A DNA stretch of 64,000 nt, taken from positions 1 through 64,000 of the forward strand of contig RDEW01000083.1 in the NCBI GenBank assembly GCA_011109175.1. Direction: 5' to 3'. Of the stretch, positions 39,379 through 57,712 are shown in pieces; within the stretch, counting starts at the first letter, position 1, and every line of letters starts with the position of its first letter. The DNA is from Dicyema japonicum. Lineage: Eukaryota; Animalia; Dicyemida. A model generated the notes under the pieces. That model was not told the DNA's origin. It made no database searches and saw nothing but the letters and a program-made list of their open reading frames with translations. A program made the translations under genes and the position numbers.

Positions 39379-40066
39379 CCCTCTGAACTAATACAATTGA
39401 AATTCTCGGTATTCATAAAACCATGAGTTTCTTAAGAGGTTCCCACAATTTTCCTGTACCAACACTGTTCTTTGTTAGAAGCGTGGACTTAATGTAGATG
39501 TCAGACTCTACACCTATACCGCTAACCGATAAAATGAATCACGTCTGTTTTTAACAGAAACCCGTATCCACTTTTCGTAGTCATTAAAAATAAATCATTA
39601 AATATTTTAGTAGCACTTTCACGATAGCCATAGTACTTTAGGCCAGCATTCGCAGAACACACTCTTTATGTTAAGAGTAAAGAATATTTATGCTAACTAA
39701 TCTTGGTAAGGTGCCATGCTCTTAACTGCTTTTTATTTTGATTATGTGTGAGTCCCTGTAGACAATGAGGTATCGCAGATGGCTACGTCACCCATCAAGC
39801 CAATAAGCCTCGTAGATGCGTGGAACCTTCAGTCGGAAGAAACAGCAGAACCAAGAAGCATCTAAATTTCGTTGCCAATTATAACACTGCGCCCTCCCGG
39901 GAAAATGATCAAATAAAAAAATAAAAATTAAAAAAGTGAAATTAATAAAGTCAATAAATTATGGAATCCAAATGTTAATAAAATATAAATGATAAAAATA
40001 TAATTATTAGATATTAATTAATAATAATAATAATACTCTTGTTGTGACATTAAACAAATTTAATAA

Positions 40067-43796
<3,730 letters not shown>

Positions 43797-43999
43797 TTTG
43801 TAATTTTGGAATAAAGTGTCATTATTTTTTGCTTAACTTTTTGCTTATCAACCCGGTTGTCTTGACAGCCATTGCACGTGAACCAATCGAAGAACCCTTT
43901 AAGAATTTAAAAAATCTTTTGGGTTAAACCTAGGACTTGAGTATACTAGCACATTGTGCCAGTCAACAGCTATGATTCCGTCGCTTGGTGAATAAAATT

Positions 44000-46900
44000 A
44001 GGATAATAAACATCAAAAAATTTGGCATCGCTCGATTAAGTCACCAATCTAACTACTAATCTGCCTTATGAGACGGGCAAACCCTCTCGAGGACTATGTA
44101 AGGGGGTCGGACACCAGGTGCATTTCATGTGGGAAATCATCTGAAAAATGTACCTACAATGAGTGTGTGGATCAGAAGAAACACCAGGAAGGATTAACAA
44201 TTAACAACAAGTTACGTAATGGGTGCTATCAGTCCCCAGCTGGCCTGGACTGTTCTCCCGGAACCCTTCTCCTTGCTAATCACTAGGGCGGAAATTGTCC
44301 TATTCAGGACAAAAAAATAGGAACAATGTCCTATTTCAATCATAAAATTGTCTTAAAATATGACATATTTATTTTAATTATTTTTTAATTTTGTTAGTAT
44401 TTTTTCACTTTTTTTAAATTACACGTTATAAATTTTTTTTGTGTACTAGCAGTTTTCATTTAATGACAGGTTTGTATTTTCTCAATTATTAAAACTATTA
44501 GAATTCAGAGGCAAAATAAGGAATGAATTTCAATAGCAATTTCCAAAAACTCATACATATTTACAAGAACACCAAAGGAGATTTATTCTGCCAAAATGCT
44601 GTAAGATAGTAAAATCATCTATCAATACTACAACGATCTACATCTTGGAAAAGACGTCAGACTGAATGCTAAAAGCATAGAGACCACTCAATTTTTTCTT
44701 ACTTTAGATAACTAAGAAAATTGGATATTTTTGGTAAAGAATTTTAAATGCCGATATTTCACTTCACAAATTAAAAAATTTTGTTTTTAAAATGTCCTAA
44801 AAAATGTCCTTTTATTTCCGCTCTACTAATCACCCTTCTACTAGTCTTGGAAGTTGCAGATCCTAATTTCAATATCTTCCCTGACTGGCCTGACAATTTT
44901 GTCCTCATTCTCAGTCAGGCCTTCGACTAATTTCTTTCCAAGTGATAGTTTGATCGCCGCTCGCCTTGTTTCTCAAGTAGAGCGAGGATCCTCTCCCTCG
45001 AGGGGCTGTAAACCCATCCCTCGCTTCCGTGGATAAATCTTGGAAATCACATTCCGAAAAAAAGCATGGTATTACCATCCAACTTTAGGCTTCTAGTGCA
45101 GAACAATGCTTGCACAGCCTTCTTTGTTTGCTCTTCGATGTCCATTAGATATGATCCTTTCCCATCAACTACAATTCCAAGGTATTTCAGGGACGAAACG
45201 CTCGGTATTCGAAGAGTGTAAGGCTCTTCGTGATGCCTACCCAGCCTGCTTATCTGTAAATAACTGGACTCTTCCGTAGAGAATCTCAGAGCTCTCCGAT
45301 CACTCCAATTCTGGACTTTGTTAACAAAAGCTCCTAGTCTCCGCTCTGAAAGGAATGTCTTCAAAGACGAATCCAAGATTAAAATGTCATCAGCGTCTAG
45401 CGGTGACGGAAAATCTTGCATAAAGCGTTAAATAATAGGGGCCTTTAAATAGATTCCTGCGGCACTCCCTTTTTAAGCGATCTACCATCAGAATATCTTC
45501 CACCGGTTACCACATAAGATATCCTCCCAGTCAAATAGTCCTTCAACCATAGGAGCATTTGTTTAGATATCTTTGATCGTACAAGTTGACGAAATAAGGC
45601 TTTGTGCCTTGTCGAACGCTCGTCGAACGCTTTCAAAATGTCAAGGCAAACAAGGCTTAACTGACTTTGCATTTATAATTTCGTAATTTAGTAAGTATAT
45701 ACAATTTCCGCACGATCTTCCCGGACGAAAACCCCATTGGTAAGGTCGTAGAAAGTTACTCTCTTCCATATGACGATTCAATCTCTTGAATACAATCCGT
45801 TCCATAATCATGATGTGGAACAGATGAGGCTTATTGGTCTATAACTAAGAGGATTCTTCCTCGACTTTCCAGGTTTGAGGATCATCTTCACAATAGAACG
45901 CTTCCATAGCGGAGGAATATATCCGAGCTTAAAACTCGAGTTATACATCTTTTGTAGAACAGATAGTAGTTCATCGGACCCTTCTTTAAACATAATCATG
46001 GGAATGCTGTCGAATCCAGAAGCCTTGTTCTTGCACTCGCGTATAGCAGTTCTGACTTCAGCCAGAGTGATATCCTCTCCCAGACTTTCCAGCTCGCCCA
46101 TAGAGTAATCCTAAAGTTCAATATCTCCTCTGAAAACTTCTCAGTTATAATATTAAGCGGATCAACTCCCTGTATATCCTCGAGCTGCTTCCTGAACATC
46201 GAAGGAACTCTTTCCAAAGGAATTGTCCTTCTCTCATGATCGGCCAGCACAATACTCTTGCCTTTAAGTTTCCATTGCCTTCTTTTCATTTTCCAGAAAC
46301 AAGGGTTTTTCCAGTTAACTTTTGAGGCTGCATTTTTCAGTTTATATTCCACAACTACTTTCCATGCTTTTTCCAGCAAATTTTTGAATCACAGAAATTT
46401 TGCTTTTCAGAGTTGTCTGTCCCCAAATCCACAAACCTCTAAGCTTAGCTTTCAGACTATTCCTCTCGCGAATAAGATTCCGTATCATGGTGGCAAGACT
46501 GCTTCTTGTTCGAAACACTCTTGGAATACCTTCTTTCCACACAATCGCAGATACATCAGCATAATATGTGTAGAGAAAGAATTAGTCCTCATTCGCAAGG
46601 TCTTCGACAAATAAAAACGACAATGTTCCCAGTCTATCGACGAAGTATCATAATTTATGAAAATATCTTCAACAATATTCGGCTCCAGGTTTATAATCAC
46701 CTCCTGTGGATATGATCGCTCCCTATATCCCAAAGTATTCTCGGTCTGTCCACATGATCTAGAAGTTGTGGAGACACTAGAACCAATCCCTGCATATCAC
46801 CGCCATAGTGTAAGAAATTGTTAGGTTACTTTGATGTAAAGGCTTCAACTCCAATTTCGCTAACCAGATCTGCAAGGAGTCGCCCATCCCCGTTGTTTTT

Positions 46901-48210
46901 GCAGCATCCATAACTCGTATTCTTAGCATTCAGGTCTCCTACCAAGATCGACATCAGGTTTCTTTTGAAGAACTCAACAAATTTCGCAGAAGATCGAGCC
47001 AAGTCTTTAGAGTATAATCCTCTCACGGTTATCCATGTCCCTCCACATTGTACATCGACGGACACAAATTCCGAATCGGCGGCGAATAAAATCCTGTCCC
47101 AGCCACTGCTCCATTATTCTACGAGATGTCCACCGAGTCATATCCTTCCATACTATAATATCTTCCGTGTTTAATTTTCGTCTCGTTGACTACCAAGACA
47201 TCAACCTTGGCATTCTTGGCAAGAAGCGCTAGTTCATCATGACTTTTCACCAAGGAGGGGCATTCACCAGCACTATTTTAAATACTTTTTCATAGATTTT
47301 GTTTGTGGCCTTCGTTCTCCACAGCCAGGTTCACCAAATTACGTAAATCCACTTTCAGCAGTGTACATAGCTTGTTCAGACGTGCGATTATTTCACTTAA
47401 CTCCCGAGATACCGTCTCGGAAACTTCAGCTTTGCTTTGCTTAAGTTCATGTGTAGCACTTTGCTCCACCGGGCCAGCCTGAATATGTGATATCTTGATT
47501 CTCTTCATCTCTTGTGTTGGCTTGACTGCTTCCATTCTTGACTCTGTCTTTATGGGGATCATTTTCTTGGCTGCCTCCTTCATAGGAGGACATCCTCTGT
47601 AACGGGAATTATGCCCTGGTCCTCCACAATTAGTACAATTTGTCTTCACGTCTGAAGAAAATTCACACACAACAAAGTCGTGTTCCCCTCCACAATTGAG
47701 GCACCTCTTCTTCTCATTGCAATGCGCGGAAATATGACCAATTCGTTCACAATTGTAACAGATAAGAGGGGGCCTCTTCATCAAGTCATAGGAGACAGGG
47801 TCTCGAGCAATGAACAGTCCATTCCTGACAAGGGAGGTTGCCTCAGCCTGGACGTAATTGTGACTTTCGTCACAGAGATTTCTTACCATCACGGTACATC
47901 CAAAAACACTCATCGCTGTCGGAGCCATATCCTTTATGTAATCAAGTAATTCCTCGTCCTCGATCCATGACGGAACGTTTTTCATCACTATAAGCGACGG
48001 TCTAGCTGACATGTCGCGGAATTGATGGTTGTTTGTCTAAAAGGAGTAGACTCGTCAATACTGTTTTGGAAACTCTTATACTATCCACATCAAAAAAACT
48101 CAAGGCGGTACATTGATTTTTTGTGCCTTTTCTCATGCTACCACTCAGGTCGTATGAGAATAACAGATTTGCAGTCCTTATAGCCGACAATTGTGTATTG
48201 ACAGAAATCA
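44000..48210 (-). mobile_element. Decayed two-ORF LINE (Jockey/I/R1-like)
   Basis: ORF1 47290-48012 has three CCHC knuckles. ORF2 fragments: GDLNAK, SYRPISL, GVPQ, ADDIL, LKYLG. Confidence 0.85.
44284..44825. mobile_element. hAT non-autonomous element nested in the LINE 3' region
   Basis: TIR TAGGGCGGAAAT / ATTTCCGCTCTA; perfect 8-bp TSD ctaatcac (44276-44283, 44826-44833); AGGACA/TGTCCT subterminal motifs. Confidence 0.85.
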
Positions 48211-50979
48211 ATGTCTCCGTAAAACAGAAGACACTCTTACCAACACAAATTTCATCCTTGGAGTCTTTAACAACACAAATTTTTGTCCTTAAGTAACGGC
48301 AAAGGAGGCACTCGGGGTATCAAACCAATTTTCCATGAGTTGCTTTTCAATTTGGTTTGTGGTTTTCCCTTTTTTGTACCATTTTCTTTATATTATATCA
48401 GTATTTTTTTGTTCCACAACAACACGTTCCAACAACACCAGGAAAGGATGAGGACCTTTCACTTTATATAGTAATTCCTTTCGAAACTGTCATTTGCTTC
48501 GAATCCTTTAATATTAATAAACGCTCATATCTACTGCATCAATCGAGGACTCCCACAGAAAAGTCCTCGGCACGAAAGCTTAACTTCGTGAAGGTGTCCG
48601 TCTCAAATTTAGAGGATCCTCAATCCGGTCATTATCCACGTTGTACACCAAATTCATCGAGTCAACTATAAGTTATGGATGTTCATGGGGAACAAAACTT
48701 GCCACAACAAAAATGGATAAGATCAACTCCACTCAGTCCAGTATGACCAAAACAATCTCTCGAATCACAGGACTACCAATATGGGCAACCCCATTTGAGG
48801 TACTCCTTAGCAAGTTGGGTGACATCTTCACCCAAAATAAAAAACCCTCAGAAGAACGGTACTATCGAAAATGTGTCGGTTCCCGAGAGCGACACCGGGA
48901 AAAGATGAGAATATGACTGAAAGAAGCAGGGATCACCTGATGGGCTTTTCCTTTAATTACCTAATGATTTTTGACTTAATAATAAATCAAATTTTTTAAA
49001 TGAATAATAAATGTCAACATTTTTTAAATTGATTTCTTTGTATCCAACATGATGATCCTTTCAGGATTCTATTTTTGAATAATATCGACAAACTTCATTT
49101 TGTTGAAATGGAACTTGAAAACTTTAATTGTTTCTTAGTACAATGTCTGTAAAATGATTCTTTGATGAAGATTTCAATCTGTCTTAATTCTACACAGATT
49201 TTGTGTTAAAAAGATTGATCAATAGCTAATAAATTTTTTCTTGGTTAGTATACGATGAAGGGTACGCCTCTGCTACCTCCCACCTTGTGGAACTGGTGTG
49301 CCGTGATGACAGCCCACTGGACTCTAACGGAGAATAAGAATTGGAGAGGGGTGATATAAACCCTTCTCATAAAACTGTGTATTGTTGAGAGTTGCACTGC
49401 TTGCACAGGGTAGCAAATCCTTATCTATTTTGTCGGATAAGGTCTTCAAGTGACGAGGGTATTAGTTTTTCTAGTTTCCCGAGATTACTAATAGTAGTGG
49501 TCGTTAAGGCCTGAATGTCCCGGATTCTTTGTTTGTTCGTCCAGGATAGATTGCTTCCCCATGACATAGCTGACAAATGGCTCAGTGAATTGTTTGTACA
49601 ACAACTTCAAAGCTGGAAAAGGGGTTTTTATAACGGGACTGGTTCACTTGGAATTCCTGAATCGTCTAGGAAATTTGATTTCTACGCGCACATATGATCT
49701 CCGTGAGCGCTGCTTGCTATTTGAGCGAATCTCACTCGCCATTCTGAGAAGGAATTCACACATTCAGGGGCGCTGTATGACCCTCGGATAACAGTTTGTT
49801 ATTGAAAATATAATTTAACGGCTTTGTCGACAATTTTTTTTGCAATCCGACATTCTTAGAAGAATACCTACGAACTTTGTTAATCTTCATTTTGGACTGT
49901 TTTGAATAAAAGCCTGGAATCACAAGACTCTGATTGCGTTTATTAATATTCACAAGGCTTTTGACTCGATCTTTAGACTTTATTCGAAAGATCTATGGGT
50001 CTCAAATCTCCAAAAAATTTGAACGATGGTTCACCAATTTTCTAAGCAGAAGGTAGAGTAGTAAAAAAAATCATGTCGTTGTTTTAAAAATTCCTTCCCA
50101 ATTGCATACCACTAAGACCCCCTGTTTTGTCACTTTTTAATCTCTTTTTGCATGATCTACCGATACTCCTACACGCATTCTCTTACCCGAAATGATGACA
50201 TCATCAATAGGGCGATTTAAGTCAAAAATTATATGTTCTTTAAAATTATTTAAAACTTATAAAAATGTAGTTTTTAGTCAAAAAAATATTATTTTAATCA
50301 AAAGTTATAAAGTCAAAAAAGTCATAATTTTGGGTAATGTCAAAAAAGATCAAAATTTAATTTTTAGGTCAATAAAGTCAAAATTTTTATTGATTTTTAT
50401 TTATATTTTTTTTTAATTTTTCGAATTTTTAAATAAACTACTAGCGTGGGATCAATTATTATCATTCGCTCTGTGAAAGTATTGGACATAATCTTCCTTC
50501 TACTTACGCTTGCCGAAAAGTGTAGAAAACTTATGCCAGAAGCAGGTTTTATTTTCATTCATTATAAATCAAAAAAAATTTTTGATTGATGAAACTGATA
50601 TCCGAGGACAGAAATATGTCGATACACTCCAGACGAAGTCAGACCTATTGTTTTCGTGCCGTTTTAAAAGCAATAAATCTCACTTAGAAACAACCACAAT
50701 CGATGCACCAATTAGAACATACATTAAATCCATTGCTCTCAAGAAGACGCTGGAGAGCATGTTGGTGGATTATAAATATGGAATGTGCACTATCAATAAA
50801 AATTTAGTTACAGCAACCAATGGAGTTTCAGGGACCCGAGTGAGGAGGAAACAGATGGGTTTCATTTTAACTACTCTTCTATTTTTTTATCTAAGAATAA
50901 GCGAGTATTAATTTTGATTTAATTGTGTTTTCGTTAAAAAATAAAACTCGAATTTTTATTTAATTAAATCTATTTCCAT

Positions 50980-53010
50980 TTTTTGGTTGAGATGGTGACG
51001 TGTCTCTATTGCACAAATGTCTGAAACTCACTTATAGCGCATGGAGGAGCTTAAAATAATATCTTTAAATGTAAGAGGGATCAGCAAGAAGTGGAAAAGA
51101 AACCTGTTATGTTCGGATCTGGGGAGATATGGTGCAGACATTGGGTGCCTACAAGAGACAAAAGTACAGGCTGGAATGGACGAGCTACATGGAGATTATA
51201 GACTCATTTTACTACCATCGTCATCAAGACACTATGGACATGGGTTTGCCGTGCACAAGAAACTTGTTCGTGGGATACATCGGTGTTAGAGTGTTAACGA
51301 CAGAATCAGCATACTGCAAATACGGGTTGGGGTCAAAGCGCGTCGAGGGCTCTTATCTCAATTATAAATGTTTATGCACCCCACAGTGGATGGGTCGCCG
51401 AAGATTCGGACGAACTTGACGCTTTCTATTTGTAGCTGTCGAGGAAATATGCCGAACTGGAATCGTCTTTTCTAGTCTTCATTGTCGGAGACTGGAATGC
51501 TAAAGCAGTAGTACGTCAGGAACATGAATCGACTATCAGAAGACACGGAAGAGGGATTAAGAACCTGTTGGGGGCTGTGCTGATAAATTTATGCCGGGCA
51601 TTTGGTTTATTCCTGTGCAACACTGCGTTTGCGCATGCTGCACTACATAGGACTACCTGGACGAGCTGCAGAAGAAATGAATCTGGGGGTCCATGTGATG
51701 ATTTACAATCAGATTGATTACATTCTTTGCCGAAAAAAATTTGGATACCAGGCTAAAGGAAGTGGAGAATCTAAAGGATTGTGGGCAGATGTTCTTGGCA
51801 ATGCGCCTTCTTAAGAAGAACCAAAAGGGCAAACTAAAAATTCAGGATAACAAAGGAAATATGATTTTTGACGTTACGGAACAAGCCGAACTTATTGCTG
51901 CTCATTTTGAACGACTCTTTGACGTTGACGGGGAAAAGGTGGACCTAGTCACTGGTAATACAGGAAATCTTGTAATTGAATTCACGGTGGGAGAAGTTAT
52001 GAAAGCAATAGAGAGACTCAAGTGCAATCACTTGTCAGGACCGGATGGAATAAGTGCTGAGTTACTGAAGCACGGCCCCAAAACCCTGGTGGAAATCGTG
52101 GCCAAAGTATTAAACGAACGGGTCCTGTGGAAAACTTGCGCCCAGTCACCCTACTTAATACGCTAAGAAAGGTCCTTGCTCTAGTGATGCAGGATCGTGT
52201 GAAAGAGCCTATGAATTCCTGTCATCGAGCCACAGTGATTCAGGACAGGCAGATCTACTGCTGATGTAGTCTGGGGGCATATGTGGCGTTGTGCCACTAA
52301 CCAAAGATTTGAGAGTGCGACTACAATTTTGGGGATCGACATGTCGAGAGCTTTCGACATAATTCGCCGAGGAAAGCTTATTGATGCTTTGTGGAAATTC
52401 CTTAATAGGGAATCTGTCAGGATGATAGAAGCTTCATTGTCGAATACAGAACTGACGGTACGAGTTGGGAGTACGTCGTCCAGATATTTTTCGACGACTG
52501 TTGGTGCCCTCAGTGGACTCCCTTTCTCCTTTGCTGTTTGTGGCATACCTGGAGGCAGCACTGCATGGTTTTATAAGTTTTTATAATGGCCAAATCACCG
52601 AAATTTTTTAGCTCTCCCGTAGTTGTTCCTCATTGATAAATTGAATCCAACCTAAAGTTATGAAGGAATAAACGAATTTCATGCACAAAAAAAATTTTGC
52701 TTTCTAGAAAAATAAAGCAGGCTTGAGGCGGTTACTTGACGTTGCACCTGCAGAGCTTTGGAAATAATTTCTTACACTGAAATTGTGGAAATCGTACGCA
52801 TGGGATCAAGATTGGAAGAGGGATGGAGACGTTTCAGAAAGCTCGGCACCTTCCTCGGGGACAGTGAGGACATTACCCGGAAAAAAGTACTATCGACGGT
52901 CGCACTGACAGGCTGAAGACGGATTGGTTGGCTAACAGACCGGCGCTTCGTTTGCGCCTCTACAATGCTTTCGTGAAGCCGATCCTGTTATATAACTCTT
53001 CCTGCTGAGG
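50980..53010 (+). mobile_element. Decayed RTE LINE with internal deletions
   Basis: 5' ttttggttgagatggtgacgt; LNVRG, CLQETK, NQIDYIL, GIDMSRAFD. Confidence 0.85.
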
Positions 53011-53269
53011 GACCTCGGTTGGCTTTTTCTTTGTATGTGTGATGAATGTGTAATCATTGTAAAAAGTGAAAAAAGCGTTGTTCGCAAGGTGAGAGAAGAT
53101 GCTGCATGAGATTATATAAGAAGGTCCACTTTTGCAGAGAAGTTATCTGTTGACTGCGTGAAATATGTTGGGATTAATTATATGGTGCAAACCAGTGTTT
53201 CTCAACATTTTTCGTATAGCCCCTATCCAAAAATTTTCACCCCTATAATAACTATGTTTGTCGAACACA

Positions 53270-53520
53270 GAATCGACAGACGTGACATGTATAGACAATC
53301 TTCACGAGTGCGCTTCAAGGGCAGCCGTCAAGGTGGAGAAGGCCAAACTCAAAGAATACGTAGACCTTATCGATAATGTCAAATTTTTCCCCCTTGCTAT
53401 GGAGACTTCAGGATCTTACTCCCTCTCTACACTCGAGTTTTTCGGACGTCTTGGAAACCGGATCACCTCATGCACTGAAGATCTCCGCGGGCTGTTTGAG
53501 CAAATTTGAGAGGTAACAGC
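53270..53520 (+). mobile_element. CRE-clade RLE 3' fragment (similar fragment at ~49650-49790)
   Basis: DVTCID...AA...EKAK...Y...FFPLAMETSG...LFEQI. Confidence 0.6.
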
Positions 53521-53875
53521 CACGTAGTGAGGGCGGAGCTAACTAATGTTTTGTCCTTATGATTTTTAATAAAGACACTTGTAAAAAAAATGACTATGCA
53601 GTAATACTATAAATAATTAGTATTTTTAAATTGTTAATGTGACCCTTGACTTTGGTGAAGGTTTACCAGATCCTTATATTAGGGATTCTTTTAGTAAGAG
53701 CCACTCTAAAGTCCCCTCTTTCGCAGATACTTAAATTACTCCGGTTCTAATCATCATAAGTAAACTAAATCATAATTCCTCATTCAAATTACAGTTGTCT
53801 TCAAAATATTTTTAAAATTTTATATTATTTGTTCCTCACGTATTCCAAAACAGATTGATTAAAGTACAACTGATT

Positions 53876-56457
53876 ATTATTATTTAAGCACTTCACAAGA
53901 GCCATACTAATTATAGCCCCGCATGTGCAGCAAAAGAAACAAGGTTAGATGTCATCCTTTTCCATGCTCCCCTGTTCCTAGCCAAGGCTCTCATGCTGTC
54001 CAGGTCGTCGGCATTTTTTAGATTTCTTTTGATATTGACCAGGTCTTTTTGTAAGACTATTGGCAGTGTTGTTCTTGGTCTTCCACGATAGCGGCCTTCT
54101 TGACTAACATAGTATGTTTCCATAGATATGTTCGGTGGGGATGTTAATTCCATCCTCAGCACGTGTCCGAAGAGCTTCCATCTGGATTCCAGTACTTCTA
54201 AGCTGATAGGTCTAGTGCTGCATCTTTTATATAAAGCATTCCTCGATATTCTCGTAGGCCAAGTAGTTCCTGTTATTTTTCTCAGCTGACCTCTGTGGAA
54301 CAAGTCTAGTTTTTCCATATCCGCTGATGAGGTCGCCCAAGTTCCAGCGTTATATAAAAGTACGGGTTTTATGAATGAGTCGTACAATAGGATTCTCATT
54401 TTCGTGTCGATGTCTCTTTGATTGAGCCATAGATTCTTCAGTTTATATAACGCAGCATTGGCTAGAGTTTTCCTACGTAAAATATCTTCGCTATCTCCCA
54501 TAAGTGAACCGAGTTTCTTTACTTGTCGCCACTTCTCTTCTAGGACGTTACTCATCCTTCTTATCTCTGTGAGTTCTGTTTTTTCTCTGTTCACAGTAAG
54601 AAACCATTTCCCTAGTACATCTGGTGCTTTTTCTAATAGGTTTTCCAGGATCTCTTTGTCTTCAGAAATTAGGTCTACATCGTCCGCGTAGATCACTTCT
54701 TCCGTCTTTCCTTGATATAACAATCTAAGTTCCCTCATAGCGGCTTCCAAATAAATTGTGAATAGTAGAGGAGAAAGAGAGTCTCCTTGTGGAGTGCCCG
54801 TATTTGTTTCAAATTTTCTTGAATAGGTTTTCCGACTCTCACAAGGAGCTCAGTGTTAGAAAGTAGAATTCGGATCATCCTTAGACTCGATTCATCAAGA
54901 AATCCGCCCAGTACCCCCATTAATTTGTTCCTGTTAACCGTATCAAAAGCTCTTGATAGGTCAATTCCCAAATATTGTTGGCGTTACGGTATCTTTGATA
55001 TGTTGCACACCTCCATCTGTGACTCCAGACCGCATCAGCTGTGGATCTCCCTTCTCGAAAACCACTTTGACTATCTGGTAGGTATTTGTAAGCAGATCCT
55101 TTTATTCGTTCAAGCACAATGTTTGCCAAGACTTTGCGTAATGAATTTAGTAGTATGATGGGTCGCAAATTTTCGAGCGGTCCTCTGTTTTTGTTGGTTT
55201 TTTGTATGGGGATTAGTAGTCCCGTACCCAGAGGTAGAGTTGAGTTAGTTGAAAACATTTCATTTAGTAGTGTAGCGATTTTTTCAAAAAGAAGGTCAGG
55301 GCCGTATTTCAGTATTCTGGGTTTATCGCATCTGGTCCGGGGCTTCTGTTATTCTTGAGTTTTCGGCAGGCCGTTTTGATTTCCTCGGCCGTGATTGGTA
55401 TCTCAAGGGGCCTTCAATCAAATTGGTTGATTTCTAAGGTTTTGATGTTGAAAAGCTTCTCAAAGTGAGTCGCGATGGCTTCAGTTTGTTCTTCGGTGTT
55501 CAGTATCAGCTTACCGTTCTCGTCTTTTATGATGAGTCGACTTCGGTTTGTTCGCCGCATCAAACGAGCAGCGACGTACACCTGTGCGTTGTCTTTCACT
55601 TTGTTTACTTCTTCTATACAGGAGCTATTTCTTCTATGAAAAGCTTCTTGTTCAGACCCTCTATTTTTCTTCTGACACGTTGTCTTTCGCCTTGAAGGGC
55701 TTTTATCGCATTAGTGTCAGTGGCATTTGATTTTCTCATATTTATTTCTTTTAGACTTTTCGCAAGCTCAGGAACATCTGGATGAATAGCCTTCAGGTAC
55801 ATTTTACTATTCTCCCTTTTGCCAAGACATGATTCAGCAGCTTCGTTGATGGTGTCCTTTGTGCGATTCCAGGCGTCTTCTACGTGGTATCCACCGATAC
55901 GTCCTGCAAATGAGTCTGAATGTATTGTTGATATCTCTCAGTAGTCTCCGGTTGAGAAATCAGCCTTTCAGTCGCGTAGTCGCCTCTGATTTTCTCAAAT
56001 TGGTGATTTTTTGCATTCTGTATTAAGTGTGGCGCATAAACATTTACAATTGTCAGAAAGCTCTTCGAAGGAGATAAGTCGTTTAGCCGGATTTGTATAA
56101 CACAGATCCATTCACACTCCATATACGGTGGACTGCACTTGTCAACTTTGAGTGGATGGCAAATCCAAGTCCATAATGTTTTGAGTCGCTCGGCTGACAT
56201 ATAATTCGATATTTGTCATAGTTCTCATCAAAGCTACAAGTAACTTTCGTCTCTTGTAGGCACCCAAATAGATACGTCGTATCTCTCCAGGTCGTCACAG
56301 AGAATCTTCCTCGACCAGGTCGTAGATAAGCCTCTAGCATTGAACGTAAGGACCTTTAGACAAGATGCATCCCTTTGTATCCATTGCCTTTTAGACATTT
56401 TTCTCAATTGCGATCCAATCAAGAAACGAGGCACGTCACCACCTCACCAAAAAGACA
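53876..56457 (-). mobile_element. Near full-length RTE LINE (part of APE deleted)
   Basis: FNARGL, QSGFR, YADD, RWKLFGHVLR, AAHAGL*; probable TSD aactgatt (53868-53875, 56458-56465). Confidence 0.9.
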
Positions 56458-57712
56458 AACTGATTCATCAAGATTACTATAATTTTGTTTTTCTGAGAAA
56501 AATAATTAAGGAATGTTCAGGATCTTCAGAAATCACGTAATTCTTCTTTGCATTGTGTAGTACTTCTAAAGATTCCCTTTGCAGAATTCGTAACAATTCT
56601 GCAAAGGAAAGTACAAATCTCTCAGGATTATCTATGCAAACTAAAATAAGGAAAACCCAGTATTGGTGATAAGTTTTCCGACTTTATAAAAATACAAAAG
56701 TCTTGAAAAAGTTAGAGGACTTGTATTTATTGTGACCAGGTGACAACGACTCCAGGTTGAGAACGATCCGTAAAAAATCGATTTAACCGTATGACCGAAA
56801 GTAACAATTACCGCTTGAGACGGTTAAATACGATCCGAACTTAACAAACCATTATATTACTGCCGCTCGGACAGTAAAACAAGCGAGGCGGTTAATAAGT
56901 AAGTGCACGTTTTTTATTTAAATTATTTCTACTTAATTTATTTGTAAAAATATCATAAAACGTGTGGAAATATAACAATTATGTTTCTTCGATAGTTGCC
57001 TATAATAATTCCATTACCTGGGTTTTCCGAAAACAAGCCCTTCCGAAATAGGCCCATGGGCTTATTTACATTCGTTCTCTTAAAAAAATTTAAAAAAGCG
57101 AGAACCACTGCTGTAAGGAATGCATCTACTCCGCTATTTCCGCGTATTGATTATCTGGGATATCTTCATTTAAATCTGGGATATCTTCCCTTCTTCATTA
57201 TCTAAATATTAAACAATTTACAATAAAAGTGTTTTATCGCATAATTTATTATTCATTAGTAAATATCAAATTACTAATTTACATTTTATCGAAATATCAT
57301 TTGTTGATTAACTTTTCAAAGATCATGTTAAATGGTAACGCCTCAAAGCGGTTGTGGATATCAGCGTTAACAATTTTTTTTGTAAATACATTAAACCTGG
57401 ATATACATGAAAAAAGTTTTATTCAGTTCTCTCGGTCGGAGTGGGAGGTACTTTCTAAGTATTGGCGTTTGTGAGAAAACCTCTGCTTAAGTAGAGGAAA
57501 ATGATCCTTTTGGTGTGGGTGTCACCTGAGTCAGAGGTTCCAACGACGACTCTAAATTGAAGAATGTAAAAACAGAAAGAAAATCCTTCGACCAAGTAGT
57601 CGGCAATGTGGAACCTTAACATAACACAAGCGACTGCACTGACTACCACACTACTTGAAGAAAACAACCTAGCAAATATAGCAAAAAACAAAAATAACAC
57701 TAAAAATAAAAA

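Noticed and set aside
56785-56815. Hammerhead-like core cgtatga cc gaaa
   Set aside because: The core is not CUGANGA, stem II is absent and the stem III A-U pair is missing.
57425-57474. SRSEWEVLSKY resembling the RNMT C-terminus [11 protein letters not shown] as an inverted duplication
   Set aside because: Only ~9 nt identical and no flanking similarity; probably chance.
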